NCBI GenBank assembly: GCA_027451585.1
Contig: DAIDIZ010000002.1
Location: forward strand, 1 to 56,011
DNA length: 56,011 bases
Origin: Chlamydiota bacterium
GTDB lineage: Bacteria; Chlamydiota; Chlamydiia; Chlamydiales; SM23-39
Reading direction: 5' to 3'
The translations under genes and the position numbers were made by a program. Every line of letters begins with the position of its first letter. Position 1 is the first letter of the stretch. This document shows, in pieces, positions 18,569 to 28,519 of this stretch. The notes beneath the pieces were generated by a model. It saw only the letters and a list, made by a program, of their open reading frames with translations. It searched no databases and was not told the DNA's origin.

Positions 18569-18896
18569 AAGCTATTTTTCCCCCTTAAAATATTTTCGAG
18601 CCAATATCCTATAAAAAAATTTAATTTTCAGTCAACGTTCCTACCAAAAAAACAAAACAAATAAATACATTGAAAAAAATAATAAAAAAACATTAAAATA
18701 TGTTATAAACCGCAATCACAACTACAAGCTCCGTTATTAAAAGAGTCTGACGGGAGACCTCCAGAAGTTCCTTCGCTAAATAAAGGCCCACAACCCGAAA
18801 AATGGGTATACGACGGCAGCGACTTCGGATGGACCCCAGGACGTCTGCCACGTCGGTTTTATTCAGCAGGGCCCAAGAGAAAAACAAGAGATTAAC

Positions 18897-19169
18897 ATGA
18901 GCGTTTCACAAACTTTTCCCTATCCTCATCTGGAACACTTCACGGAGCTTCTCTCGCCCGAGGGAGTTGAGGACCCGATAACAGCTGAGGCCCTACGAGC
19001 TATTCATCAATCAGCTCGACGAGCGCCTGTGCTTGGATCCTCCACAGAACGCAGTTGTCTAGAGCGGGCAGCAGAGGGTCGCAAAGCCGCTACTATATGC
19101 CTAGCGGTAGGTATTGGTTTAACGATTACCGGATGCAGCATATTTTTGGCGATTAATCCTTCACCATGA
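18897..19169 (+). CDS. Small hypothetical protein with a single C-terminal transmembrane segment
   Basis: 90 aa ending in ATICLAVGIGLTITGCSIFLAI. No homology recognised. Confidence 0.4.
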   Translation: MSVSQTFPYPHLEHFTELLSPEGVEDPITAEALRAIHQSARRAPVLGSSTERSCLERAAEGRKAATICLAVGIGLTITGCSIFLAINPSP

Positions 19170-19242
19170 CCCTACATCGAAGTAATCTGAAAATGCAGCA
19201 GCTTTTGCGCAGCCAAACTCAAAATTCATTATGGAATCGATG

Positions 19243-20346
19243 TTAATGGGCGTGCATGCGGCCCCAATAAGGATGAGTAAGATCTTTCTCATAACTTCCC
19301 TTTGAGGGGTCAAAGATTTTAACCGGCGAAAGATTTTCCCCGTAGTACCGTTGAAGATATTTCTCTGGATCGCGAGGAACGAACACTTCCACCCCATCGA
19401 AAACAGCTTTTTTTAAGGGGAAAACTGCATCAAATGAAATGGGCTGAGTAAATCGGCGCTCCCGAATTTTCCAACTCTCTGGAAGGAATACATTATTTTC
19501 CTGAGACAGGAGATACCGAATTTCTCTTTTCTTAGGATCAATCATGAAATGGTACAGATCGATTAAAGATCCGGTCTCTTTTACGTAAACGCGAATTAAG
19601 CTTTTGGGAAATTCTCGACTTGACCAATCGAGGACAGTGTATTTTTCTTGGTCGAGTTTGTGCAAAAGACGAAACACGTTATCAAAATCGGGAAGGAGAA
19701 TCGCCATATCGATATCAAAGTCCCAAGGAATCACGCCTCCGTATCGATAGGCACCAAGACAAGTTCCGCAATCAACCCACCAAACAATGTTCTCTTCATT
19801 CAAAAGAGTTCCGATTTCTCGAAGAGCCTCTTTTTCCTTTTGCAGATATTGGTCATCTCCAGGTCCTCTTTGGTATCCTTGGGAAATCAAGGTCTCTGCT
19901 TGCAGGCGATCTCCTAAATCCAACCCCATTTCTTGATAGGCTTTAATTTGAGAAATAACCCGAGTCGATTGGAGGGCCTCTTGAATGGAAGAGAGCCGAG
20001 AGGAGTAGGAAGTGGCTAAATAGGCGATCGCCTTGAGAAGAGATCCCCCTATCAAACTGGGAGGAAGAAGAACGGCGGAAAATCCCGTTTTGATCCAAAA
20101 ACGATCGGAATAATCAAAGCGCTGGGTAAATATCCACTCCTCTTGCTCACCTCCTCGAGAAGCCTCTCTCCCGGCAAAAAGATATTGAAAAGGGATGAGG
20201 AGGGTATCGGCCCCCTTTTCTAAACCGACCGCATCGGTAGCGGCGACATTTAAAAATGGGTTCATGGTGATGAGATGATAAAACAACACAAAGGGGAATC
20301 CGATCTGGCATATCCCATCACAAATCCAATCCACAAAACGGCCCAC
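19243..20346 (-). CDS. LicD-family phosphotransferase (LicD / fukutin-like nucleotidyltransferase fold)
   Basis: DCGTCLGAYRYGGVIPWDFDIDMAI matches the LicD GTLLGAVRHxGFIPWDDDID core. The C-terminal YLQRYYGENLSP is also LicD-like. The first ~190 aa are unassigned. The track start is GTG. Confidence 0.75.
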   Translation of the reverse strand: MGRFVDWICDGICQIGFPFVLFYHLITMNPFLNVAATDAVGLEKGADTLLIPFQYLFAGREASRGGEQEEWIFTQRFDYSDRFWIKTGFSAVLLPPSLIGGSLLKAIAYLATSYSSRLSSIQEALQSTRVISQIKAYQEMGLDLGDRLQAETLISQGYQRGPGDDQYLQKEKEALREIGTLLNEENIVWWVDCGTCLGAYRYGGVIPWDFDIDMAILLPDFDNVFRLLHKLDQEKYTVLDWSSREFPKSLIRVYVKETGSLIDLYHFMIDPKKREIRYLLSQENNVFLPESWKIRERRFTQPISFDAVFPLKKAVFDGVEVFVPRDPEKYLQRYYGENLSPVKIFDPSKGSYEKDLTHPYWGRMHAH

Positions 20347-20369
20347 GTCTCACCCCCAAACTCAGGTTT

Positions 20370-21413
<1,044 letters not shown>

Positions 21414-21481
21414 TCACGAAATTTCTTGCAATGAGGAAGGAGGATCCACAAAATGAGCGGAGAGAGGCTAAAGAACTGTTC

Positions 21482-24184
21482 ATGGTACCGACCAACGGAA
21501 AAAAAGAATTACTTCCTTCGCAAATTGGGCCTTACCTCGTTCTTCGACTCGTCGGCAAAGGAGGCATGGGAGAGGTCTATCTCGTAAAAGATCCTGTGTG
21601 TCAACGGGAAATTGCTCTCAAAAGAATCAAACCGGAGCTCCAAGAAAAAAAGGGGATTCGAGATCGATTCTTGCGAGAAGCTCGGGTAGCGGGTCACTTA
21701 ACTCACCCTTCGATTGTCTCCATCTTAACAATTCACATGGATCCTCCGGACATCTACTATACCATGCCCTTTATCGAGGGAGAGACCCTCCGACGGATCT
21801 TTCACATCACGAGAATGCAAGAAAAAGGGGGGAAACCGCTCCATTTAATCGGGAGATCTATTCCGACACTCACCCGCATTTTCCTGCAGATTTGCCAAGC
21901 GATTGCGTATACCCATTCACGAGGGATTCTTCATCGGGATATCAAACCAGAAAACATCATCATTGGGAAATATGGGGAAGTGATGATCCTCGACTGGGGT
22001 CTTGCCAATTACATCGAGCAGTTAAGCAAAGAAGACGAAGGCTCTAAGAGAAAATCAAGTGAAAAACCGTCCGTGACAAGACCTGGGAAAGTAGCTGGGA
22101 CCCTTTCCTACATGGCTCCAGAGCTGATCTTAGGCAAGCATGCTTCGATTCAAAGCGACATCTATTCTCTCGGAGTCATCCTCTATCAGATGTTGACCTT
22201 ACAACTGCCTTTCCAGAGAAAAACGCTTGCCACGTTACGCAAACAATTGAGCCGAGAAGAGGTGGTCGATCCGATCGAAATGGCCCCACATCGAGATGTT
22301 CCTCATCAACTGGCCGCGGTGGCCAATCGATGCCTGGCGTCCAATGAAGAGGTGCGCTATAAAACTGTCGAAGAGGTCATCCACGACATCAAAAAGTATG
22401 TCGAAGGAAGACCTGAGTGGATTTTGATGGCTTCTTTAGATCTGCATCGGAAAGAGGACTGGCAACTCGAGGAAAATATTCTTCTGGCCAAACACATCGC
22501 GATCACCAAAACACTCGACACCACGAGTTGGACCTCCCTTCAAATTTCGAGCAAGTCGTTTTCCGACAACGTCAAGATCGAAGCGACACTCGTTCTCGAA
22601 GAGACAAGTCAAGGAGTCGGATTTCTCTTCAGCATCCCTGAGGCCGATATCCGCAAAAGTTTGGAAGATGGATATTGCCTCTGGATTGGATCGAAGAACG
22701 CCCCTTCTCACCGTCTTTTCAGAACCAATGTGGAGGTTTTGGAGTCAAAAGGATCCTTTTTAGAACCTCGCAAAGCCTACGCGATCCGAATTGAGAAGGT
22801 GGAAGATCAGATCCGCTTTTATGTAGACGACGAACTCAAAATCAGTTTTACAAGCCACTTACCCTTGAGCGGCTCTCACGTCGGGTTCCTCTACAGAGAC
22901 GCGAAATTTTCCCTTAAACAGCTCAAAATTTACAGTGGCAGTCTCAATGCGATGGTCAACTGTCTCGCCGTTCCAAACGCCTTTTTGAGTCACCGCCTTT
23001 TTGACGTAGCTCTCCAAGAATACAGGCGCATTGCGCAGAGTTTCCCGGGGCGAATGGAAGGAAGAGAGGCTCTGTTTCGAGCAGGGCTCACTCTTTTGGA
23101 GAAAGGGAAAGTAGAGCAGGAGGAGAAATATTTTCCCCTCGCCTTGAAAGAGTTTGAAAAACTGTTCAAAACTCCTGGAGCGCCTCTCGAATATCTCGGT
23201 AAATCCCTCGTCTACCAGGCGATGGAGGAAAACGAAGAAGAGGCCAAATGTCTAGAATTGGCTTTGAGAAAATTTCCAAGACACCCGCTCCTCCCCACTC
23301 TGCAAGAACACATCATCTACCGGATGCATGAAAGTTCGCTCAATAATCGAGATGGGGCCTATCGAATCATCCTTTTGGCCATTCGCAATATTCCAGATCT
23401 TCTGCAGCTCTCTAACACAAAGGAACTCCTCAGTAGCTTAGAAAAAAACTGGGAGGCCCTCCCTTTCATGGAGAAAGATCCGGATCAGCTTACCCAAATC
23501 GCAATCCAACTCTGTTTTTGGCTGCGTAAAATTCCCATGCTCGTCGAAATTGCCAAAGAAGTCACTGCGCGAAATCCCCGAAATGATACCCTTCTCGGCA
23601 ATGCTCTATACGCCTTAGTCGAACTAGAAGCCGAAAAAGAGCTCTCCCCCTTTCCTCTCATAGCCTCGATCAACCGCCTCTTTTTCCCCCTTTCACAAGA
23701 GATGCTCACCCCTTGGACAAAGCGAGAGACGAGAGTCTTCTATTTTCTGATTAAGAAAGCGCTCCAAGAAAAGGCCTTTGGAATGCTTGCTTCTTGTTTT
23801 GAAAAGATGAGACATATCGCGATGACTGCCGATGATCGGATCTTATTTGATTCATTTGAAATTTGGTCTTTTCTGCTTCAAAAACAGCCCAAATCGGCCG
23901 AAGCCATCTTTCGAAAATACCCATCAAAACTGCTCACCCAAGAGAGCTCCCCTCTCCATTTCGCTTTCGGCACATGGCTCTACATGGCCAAGGGACCCAA
24001 AATGGCCAAAGCCCATTTCAATGCAGTCCTGGACACGTCCTACCCGCCCACGCCCTCTCTTCCGAGCTATTTTCTCTCAGAGAGAATTGATGAAAAGCAA
24101 GGGTGGATCAAGCAAGCTTTCTGGTGGGAGAAAAAAGAGCTCTATCGGCAGCTACAACTCTTCCATATGGCTATTGGAAAGTAG
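21482..24184 (+). CDS. pknD: Ser/Thr protein kinase PknD-like with large C-terminal helical-repeat region
   Basis: Motifs present: GKGGMGEVY, IALKRI, HRDIKPENI, DWGLA in place of DFG, and SYMAPE. It neighbours valS as in Chlamydia. The start is uncertain (21380, 21431 or 21482). Confidence 0.85.
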   Translation: MVPTNGKKELLPSQIGPYLVLRLVGKGGMGEVYLVKDPVCQREIALKRIKPELQEKKGIRDRFLREARVAGHLTHPSIVSILTIHMDPPDIYYTMPFIEGETLRRIFHITRMQEKGGKPLHLIGRSIPTLTRIFLQICQAIAYTHSRGILHRDIKPENIIIGKYGEVMILDWGLANYIEQLSKEDEGSKRKSSEKPSVTRPGKVAGTLSYMAPELILGKHASIQSDIYSLGVILYQMLTLQLPFQRKTLATLRKQLSREEVVDPIEMAPHRDVPHQLAAVANRCLASNEEVRYKTVEEVIHDIKKYVEGRPEWILMASLDLHRKEDWQLEENILLAKHIAITKTLDTTSWTSLQISSKSFSDNVKIEATLVLEETSQGVGFLFSIPEADIRKSLEDGYCLWIGSKNAPSHRLFRTNVEVLESKGSFLEPRKAYAIRIEKVEDQIRFYVDDELKISFTSHLPLSGSHVGFLYRDAKFSLKQLKIYSGSLNAMVNCLAVPNAFLSHRLFDVALQEYRRIAQSFPGRMEGREALFRAGLTLLEKGKVEQEEKYFPLALKEFEKLFKTPGAPLEYLGKSLVYQAMEENEEEAKCLELALRKFPRHPLLPTLQEHIIYRMHESSLNNRDGAYRIILLAIRNIPDLLQLSNTKELLSSLEKNWEALPFMEKDPDQLTQIAIQLCFWLRKIPMLVEIAKEVTARNPRNDTLLGNALYALVELEAEKELSPFPLIASINRLFFPLSQEMLTPWTKRETRVFYFLIKKALQEKAFGMLASCFEKMRHIAMTADDRILFDSFEIWSFLLQKQPKSAEAIFRKYPSKLLTQESSPLHFAFGTWLYMAKGPKMAKAHFNAVLDTSYPPTPSLPSYFLSERIDEKQGWIKQAFWWEKKELYRQLQLFHMAIGK

Positions 24185-25079
24185 CATACCGGAAATTTCG
24201 AATCTCTTTCATTAGACCGAAAAAATCGTTAATTATTTTTTGCCGATTGGCTAAGCAATTGTTTTGTTTAAAACGGTGGATAGAATTTTTAACCTGTGAA
24301 AGAATGAGAGACAACGGTCCTTTTTCCTTAAGACGGGAAATCCGCGGCAGACCATCTACCTTTTTTAGACCCTCTGAGAAATCAGTTTTTCTATCCTCTT
24401 CTATCAAACGTGCTTCGATCAGAAAGAGCTTTTTCTGTTGAGCTTCTGCTAACCGTCGATCAAGATCATCTAACAAGGCGCTTGTTTCTTTGCTCTCCTT
24501 CAGAAGGGGAGTCACTTTACTGAGGGTAAGAAAGGGATCCGCACTGAACCGAAGGGCTTGCTGAAGCCCGATAATCTCGTTTTGAACATCGAAAAATCTT
24601 CTATGTAGCTGAGAAATCTCTTTTTGAAGAGAACTGATCTTCTCCTGAAGAAGCTGCATCTTTTGATCTAATCCTGCTATTTTTACTTCTTTCTCTTCAT
24701 ACAACGCCTTCATCATCGATTCCAAATCAATCAAAGGGTCTTTTGCAACGTTCTTACTGACTTCATTTAACCAAGTCTCCAACCATTCTCTATCCTTGGG
24801 ATCCATCTGGTTCAGAAGGTTCCGATGAAAAAAATACGTGTGAATAAAATGCCAACTAGATTCCCACAAATCTTTGACAAATGAGATGATTCTCAAAACA
24901 ACCCCTTCCTTACGAGGAGGTATAGCCGAAAAAGCAGGGATAGGTCCACTTTCTGTAGAAGAAAGGGTGTTTTGAGGCGGTAGGGAACTAGCTTCGGAGG
25001 TTAGCCCAAATGAACTCGAACCAGCCTGACAACTTAAGTAAGAATAAGAAGAACCTTCCCTAAAAATAGCCATAATCAC
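24171..25079 (-). CDS. Hypothetical coiled-coil protein with Ser-rich N-terminus (effector-like)
   Basis: 302 aa. The first 60 aa are rich in S, G and P, followed by heptad-like EKEVKIAGLDQKMQLLQEKISSLQKEISQL. An AT-rich region lies upstream. It overlaps the pknD 3' end by 14 nt. Confidence 0.6.
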   Translation of the reverse strand: MIMAIFREGSSYSYLSCQAGSSSFGLTSEASSLPPQNTLSSTESGPIPAFSAIPPRKEGVVLRIISFVKDLWESSWHFIHTYFFHRNLLNQMDPKDREWLETWLNEVSKNVAKDPLIDLESMMKALYEEKEVKIAGLDQKMQLLQEKISSLQKEISQLHRRFFDVQNEIIGLQQALRFSADPFLTLSKVTPLLKESKETSALLDDLDRRLAEAQQKKLFLIEARLIEEDRKTDFSEGLKKVDGLPRISRLKEKGPLSLILSQVKNSIHRFKQNNCLANRQKIINDFFGLMKEIRNFRYATFQ

Positions 25080-25141
25080 ACCTACAAAATAAAATTATAA
25101 ACAAATTATATATATTAATCAAATAATAATAGAAAAACAAT

Positions 25142-25171
25142 TTGACTCTCCCCCATCCCCTTCGCTATACT
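25142..25171 (+). promoter_or_regulatory. Candidate sigma-70/66-type promoter of valS
   Basis: TTGACT (25142-25147), an 18 nt spacer, then TATACT (25166-25171). It lies 15 nt upstream of the valS ATG, so the leader would be very short with no obvious SD. Confidence 0.3.
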
Positions 25172-25185
25172 CCTTCAGTACATTT

Positions 25186-28005
25186 ATGGAACATCTACCC
25201 AAATCCTTTGATCCTAAGTTAGTTGAAGAAAAATGGTATGCCTTTTGGGAAGAGGGAGGCTTTTTCAAAGCTGATCCTCACTCGAAAAAAGAGCCCTTTT
25301 GCGTTGTCATCCCTCCCCCTAATGTGACGGGCGCCCTCCATATGGGCCATGCCCTCGTGGATACGATCCAAGATGTGTTGATTCGATGGAAGAGGATGCA
25401 GGGGTTTGAAGCTCTTTGGATTCCAGGAACGGATCATGCGGGGATTGCAACGCAAGGAGTGGTCGAAAAGATGCTCTTTGCCAAGACGGGCAAGCGGCGC
25501 AAAGACTTTGGTCGGGATGAGTTCTTAGAGCAGGTTTGGGCGTGGAAAGAAAAAAGCGAGACCCAAATTTTAGGGCAGATCAAGAAATTAGGATGTTCTT
25601 GCGATTGGTCGCGCCTTCGGTTCACGATGGATGAAGGATGCAACAAAGCTGTGCGCACCTGCTTTAAAAAAATGGTGGATGACGGTTTGATCTACCGGGG
25701 CGATTATCTGGTCAATTGGGATCCTGTCACACAAACAGCCATTTCGGATGATGAGGTAGAACACGAGGAGAGGTCTTCCTTTCTCTGGCATATCCGGTAT
25801 CCGCTTAAAAATGAAAAAGGGTACATCGTGGTGGCTACCACCCGCCCGGAAACGATGTTCGGAGATACAGCGGTTGCGGTGCATCCAGAAGATGCCCGCT
25901 ACAAAAAATGGATTGGGCGCAAAGTAAGCCTTCCTCTTTCAGAGCGAGAAATTCCGCTCGTCGCTGATCCGTTTGTCGATCCCACTTTTGGAACTGGAGC
26001 TGTCAAGATTACTCCAGCTCACGACTTCAATGACTTTGAGATGGGAAGGCGGCACGATCTTCCTCTGATCAACATCCTCACATCGGATGGGAAAATCAAT
26101 GAAGAGGGAAAAAAGTTTGCGGGAATGACCGTTGATGAAGCGAGAGAAGCTGTTGTAGAGGCGCTCAAAAAAGAAAACCTCATTGAGAAAATTGAACCGC
26201 ACACGCTACGGGTGGGACTTTCCTATCGATCCAAAGCGATCATTCAACCCTACCTCTCTAAGCAATGGTTTGTGAAAATGAGCCATTTCAAAGAGCGACT
26301 CATTTCTGCGGTAAAGGAAAAACGGGTAAAACTCATTCCGCCTCATTGGGAATCGACCTATTTCCACTGGATCGAGAACCTGCGAGATTGGTGCATTTCT
26401 AGGTCTCTTTGGTGGGGCCATCAAATTCCCGTTTGGTACCATAAAAACAATCCCGACACCTTTCTCTGTTTTGAGGGAGAGGGGATCCCCCCAGAGGTAA
26501 AGAAAAATCCCGAGGATTGGGAGCAAGATCCCGACGTTCTCGACACCTGGTTTTCGTCCGCTCTCTGGCCACTGAGCACTCTTGGGTGGCCCGACAAAAC
26601 AGCCGATATTGCCAAATTCTATCCCACTTCGGTTCTCGTGACGGCCCATGACATCTTGTTCTTTTGGGTCGCTCGGATGATCATGATGGGAGAGTACATC
26701 ACAGATCAAGTCCCCTTCAAAGAGACCTTCCTCCACGGCCTCATTTACGGCAAATCGTATTGGAAAACAGCATCGGATGGTTCTGTCTCCTACATTCAAG
26801 GAGAAGAAAAGAAAAAATACGATCTCGGAACACCTCTTCCTAAAGGAGTCGAATCGAAGTGGGAGAAGATGTCAAAGACAAAGGGAAATGTAATTGATCC
26901 TCTCGCCATCATCGACGAATATGGGACCGATGCAATGCGCATCTCCCTCTGCTCCAGCACCACGTACGCTCGCCAAATCGACCTCGATCAAAGACGCTTT
27001 GAGGAATTCAAAAACTTCGCCAATAAGGTATGGAATGGGGCCCGTTTTGTCTTGATGAATCTGGAGAATCTTACTTCAGAGCAGCTCTCGGAAGGACTCA
27101 ACTTTGCCCTTTTCACTCTAGAAGATCGATGGATTTTTTCGGTGTTGAATCGAACCATCAACGAAATGAATCTCCACTTCTCCTCCTATGCTTTCGATAA
27201 GGCGGCCCAAAGGGCTTACGAGTTTTTCTGGAATGATTTTTGCGCGGTCTATGTCGAGCTTTCGAAACCAGTTCTTTTCGGCAAAGAAGGCGACATCCAC
27301 CTAAAAATAAACAAACAAAAAATTCTCTTGATTGTTCTTGTGAATGCAATTCGGTGCCTCCATCCCATCACGCCGTTCATCACCGAAGAGATTTTCCAGA
27401 ATATCAAAACCCTTTTTCCTCACATCCATTTACGGGCCGCAGACAGCTACACCCAAGATGTAGTAAAAAGCCTTCTCTCCCCTGCCTGCATAGTGGCTCC
27501 CTTCCCCTCTCTCATCAAAAAAGAGCACATCGATGAGGTAACCGAAGCCGACTTTGCATTCATACACGATTTGGTACGGGCGATCCGCCACATCCGGACA
27601 GAGATTCAAATGCCTCCTTCTGAAAAAAATCATCTCATCATAGTCGGAGATCCTCACTCACGTGAAATGCACCTCGCTGAGCAAGAGCGAAAAATCCTCG
27701 CCACACTCACCCCCACCCAATCGATCACCTTTACCCACCAAGAACCTGAAGGAGAAGGGGCCTCTTATACAACGGCTTCACTGAAACTCTTCATCCCCAT
27801 TCCGGAATCGCTCAAAGAAAAAGAAAAGGGGAGACTTGCAAAGGAAAAAGAGAAACTCGAAAAGCTCATTGCGTCCACGCAAGCCAAACTCGACAATGTG
27901 GAATTCCGCACTCGCGCCCCAAAAGAGCTCGTCGAAAATCTAGAAAAGAATTTGCTTTCTATGCAAGAACAACTCAAAGAGATCGACGAAAAGCTAAAAA
28001 AATAG
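25186..28005 (+). CDS. valS: Valine-tRNA ligase
   Basis: 939 aa. PPPNVTGALHMGHA is the HIGH motif and KMSKTKGN is the KMSKS motif. A C-terminal coiled coil is present. Confidence 0.95.
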   Translation: MEHLPKSFDPKLVEEKWYAFWEEGGFFKADPHSKKEPFCVVIPPPNVTGALHMGHALVDTIQDVLIRWKRMQGFEALWIPGTDHAGIATQGVVEKMLFAKTGKRRKDFGRDEFLEQVWAWKEKSETQILGQIKKLGCSCDWSRLRFTMDEGCNKAVRTCFKKMVDDGLIYRGDYLVNWDPVTQTAISDDEVEHEERSSFLWHIRYPLKNEKGYIVVATTRPETMFGDTAVAVHPEDARYKKWIGRKVSLPLSEREIPLVADPFVDPTFGTGAVKITPAHDFNDFEMGRRHDLPLINILTSDGKINEEGKKFAGMTVDEAREAVVEALKKENLIEKIEPHTLRVGLSYRSKAIIQPYLSKQWFVKMSHFKERLISAVKEKRVKLIPPHWESTYFHWIENLRDWCISRSLWWGHQIPVWYHKNNPDTFLCFEGEGIPPEVKKNPEDWEQDPDVLDTWFSSALWPLSTLGWPDKTADIAKFYPTSVLVTAHDILFFWVARMIMMGEYITDQVPFKETFLHGLIYGKSYWKTASDGSVSYIQGEEKKKYDLGTPLPKGVESKWEKMSKTKGNVIDPLAIIDEYGTDAMRISLCSSTTYARQIDLDQRRFEEFKNFANKVWNGARFVLMNLENLTSEQLSEGLNFALFTLEDRWIFSVLNRTINEMNLHFSSYAFDKAAQRAYEFFWNDFCAVYVELSKPVLFGKEGDIHLKINKQKILLIVLVNAIRCLHPITPFITEEIFQNIKTLFPHIHLRAADSYTQDVVKSLLSPACIVAPFPSLIKKEHIDEVTEADFAFIHDLVRAIRHIRTEIQMPPSEKNHLIIVGDPHSREMHLAEQERKILATLTPTQSITFTHQEPEGEGASYTTASLKLFIPIPESLKEKEKGRLAKEKEKLEKLIASTQAKLDNVEFRTRAPKELVENLEKNLLSMQEQLKEIDEKLKK

Positions 28006-28046
28006 CCTTTGCGTTTTCCGAGCAGTTGGAAGAAAAACGCAAAGGC
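28005..28046. terminator. 13 bp inverted repeat between convergent valS and atpK
   Basis: gcctttgcgtttt (28005-28017) pairs with aaaacgcaaaggc (28034-28046) around a 16 nt loop. Confidence 0.5.
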
Positions 28047-28056
28047 CCGATGTCTC

Positions 28057-28482
28057 TTAAGAGAGAAGAGACAAGCCAAAAATAAAGGCAAAGATCGCAA
28101 ACGATTCTACGATCCCAATGGATAAGAAAGCCTTACCGAACACACCCGGCTGCTTGGCGGTAGCCAGGATCGCTGTCGCCGCGCACCGTCCTTGGTAAAT
28201 GGCAGCTATAGTGAGTGCCAAGCCGACGAAAAGGCCAATTCCAACCCCACTTAAAGCTCCAATGGTTCCTGCTTTGATAGCGCTTTTCATCTGGAACATG
28301 ACGATGAAACCAAAGATCGATTGGCTCGACGGCGTGGCCGAGAGGACAAGAAACTTCCCATGCCCTTCTTCAACTCGTGTCATCGCTCCATGAGAGGCCA
28401 TCCCAGCAATTCCGCAGCCAATTGCGCTTCCAATACACCCTAATCCCATAACGATCGCAGGGCCAATCATGTCAAAGTCCAT
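28057..28482 (-). CDS. atpK: V-type ATP synthase subunit K (proteolipid)
   Basis: 141 aa, highly hydrophobic and Gly/Ala-rich. It is the last gene of the V-ATPase operon. Confidence 0.85.
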   Translation of the reverse strand: MDFDMIGPAIVMGLGCIGSAIGCGIAGMASHGAMTRVEEGHGKFLVLSATPSSQSIFGFIVMFQMKSAIKAGTIGALSGVGIGLFVGLALTIAAIYQGRCAATAILATAKQPGVFGKAFLSIGIVESFAIFAFIFGLSLLS

Positions 28483-28519
28483 AGTTCTCCTTTCGTCTGT
28501 ACATAGGTTACCAAAATGG

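Noticed and set aside
26206-26799. 197 aa minus-strand ORF
   Set aside because: It is antisense within valS.
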